From the NCBI GenBank assembly GCA_002269645.1, contig NIVC01000725.1, forward strand, positions 558,296-622,295: a stretch of DNA of 64,000 nucleotides. Direction: 5' to 3'. The DNA comes from Macrostomum lignano (lineage: Eukaryota). Below the pieces are notes generated by a model. It was not told the origin of the DNA. It searched no databases and saw nothing but the letters and a program-made list of their open reading frames with translations. A program made the translations under genes and the position numbers. Positions 63,041 through 64,000 of the stretch are shown in pieces. Position 1 is the first letter of the stretch; every line of letters starts with the position of its first letter.

Positions 63041-63154
63041 AACTGTAGAGTATTTCATCTCCTTTAAAAATCTATAAACATTGTTAACATGCTACTTATA
63101 CAGTAGTATAGCAAAGGCACGTACAAAAAAAGTATTGAACCATGGCTACATTTG

Positions 63155-63392
63155 TATTAACCAATCAGAAATGCGAAAAGTTGGTCATGCTATTTTTAGT
63201 AACCAACCAATCACTCGAGACCCACAATTGTCAAGTTAAATCCCATTTGCGATTCATCATTGGTCACGTGTAACCTACGTTTTTCAAATCTAACCCCACC
63301 TGCGATTCATCATCTGGCTTGCACCCAGTCTGCACTGAGCGAACCAATCAAACGCGACAGAAAAACACCAGATAAGGTAACCAATCATGTGC
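63155..63392. promoter_or_regulatory. Cluster of CCAAT (NF-Y-type) boxes and an E-box; candidate promoter
   Basis: CCAATCA at 63161, 63207, 63344 and 63381; ATTGG at 63259; CACGTG at 63265. Confidence 0.4.
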
Positions 63393-64000
63393 GTTTTGCA
63401 GTAGACTAGTTGCATAACTTTCTGCCCTGTCATGCTTGACAACCACCGAATCGTGACCCTTTGACATTTACGCAGACAATGATGTACGACCTCGAGAGAG
63501 GCCCGAACGCCTATAAATACAAGTGGTCCGGAACGGACCCGGAGCCAAGAATCTCCGAGAGAGAGAAGCTCCGAAGAGGAAGTCATAGTCGACCTTCCTG
63601 GAACCAAGTCGACGAGCCTCGGCTGAGTTCTTGCGGTAAGCCTTACTCATTTGCGCCCGTTGGTTGAGACGTCTCGCTCAAGTCTAAGAGAGGCTTGAGT
63701 TTATTTGAGTCTGTTGAGACTCTTGAGTCTGTTTAGACTCCACTGGCTGCAGTCTCCAGAAGGACTGCCCCTGATAGATCTTAGAAGACTATCAGTGGTT
63801 CCGGAGCCATACCCAAGAGTGCTGAGAGGCACTGCTAGAAGGAGTAGGCTTATTTGATACCGCAGTTTGGCGCAATGTACCCATTATTAATTTGGAAGCT
63901 TCCCATTGGTCCGAACTACAGCCACCGGCCGGCCAGAGACAAAGGAGAAACCGGACCAGACTTGACAGAAGAAACAAAGGCGCCTTATCGAAGAAACCAA

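Noticed and set aside
63430-63810. Possible LTR (TATAAATA at about 63512, ...TATCA followed by TGGTTCC)
   Set aside because: There is no second LTR or internal ORF in the window, and the PBS-like match is only about 7 nt.

Overview
This is eukaryotic (animal) genomic DNA with GT-AG introns, and roughly 40% of it is tandem repeat. The minisatellite-filled introns and Ala/Gln-rich proteins suggest a flatworm such as Macrostomum, but that is inference only. Six protein-coding genes could be assembled by hand with consistent exon phases: the 3' half of an anoctamin/TMEM16 (+), an RBM5/RBM10-like splicing factor (+, 8 coding exons, 961 aa), an RBPMS/couch-potato/MEC-8-like RRM protein (-), two intact head-to-head SLC25A1-like mitochondrial citrate carriers (320 aa each), and a globin with an N-terminal MGC acylation motif (-). 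Mobile DNA comprises a frameshifted tyrosine-recombinase retrotransposon (DIRS/Ngaro-like, 1-3210), an internally deleted mariner with intact TIRs, an RTE-like LINE fragment and two tRNA-derived SINE-like heads. Most long ORFs in the supplied track are stop-free minisatellite artefacts. Four observations stand out. (1) The inverted SLC25A1 pair shows a sharply bounded gene-conversion-like tract. (2) A perfect ~118-bp foldback lies almost exactly midway between the two carriers. (3) Most introns of the other genes are filled up to the splice sites by their own minisatellite; one family is shared by the two convergent splicing-factor genes, and CAC-rich arrays match the known RBPMS/MEC-8 binding motif. 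(4) The acylated globin has candidate cassette exons. All coordinates were read by eye, and repeat boundaries are approximate.
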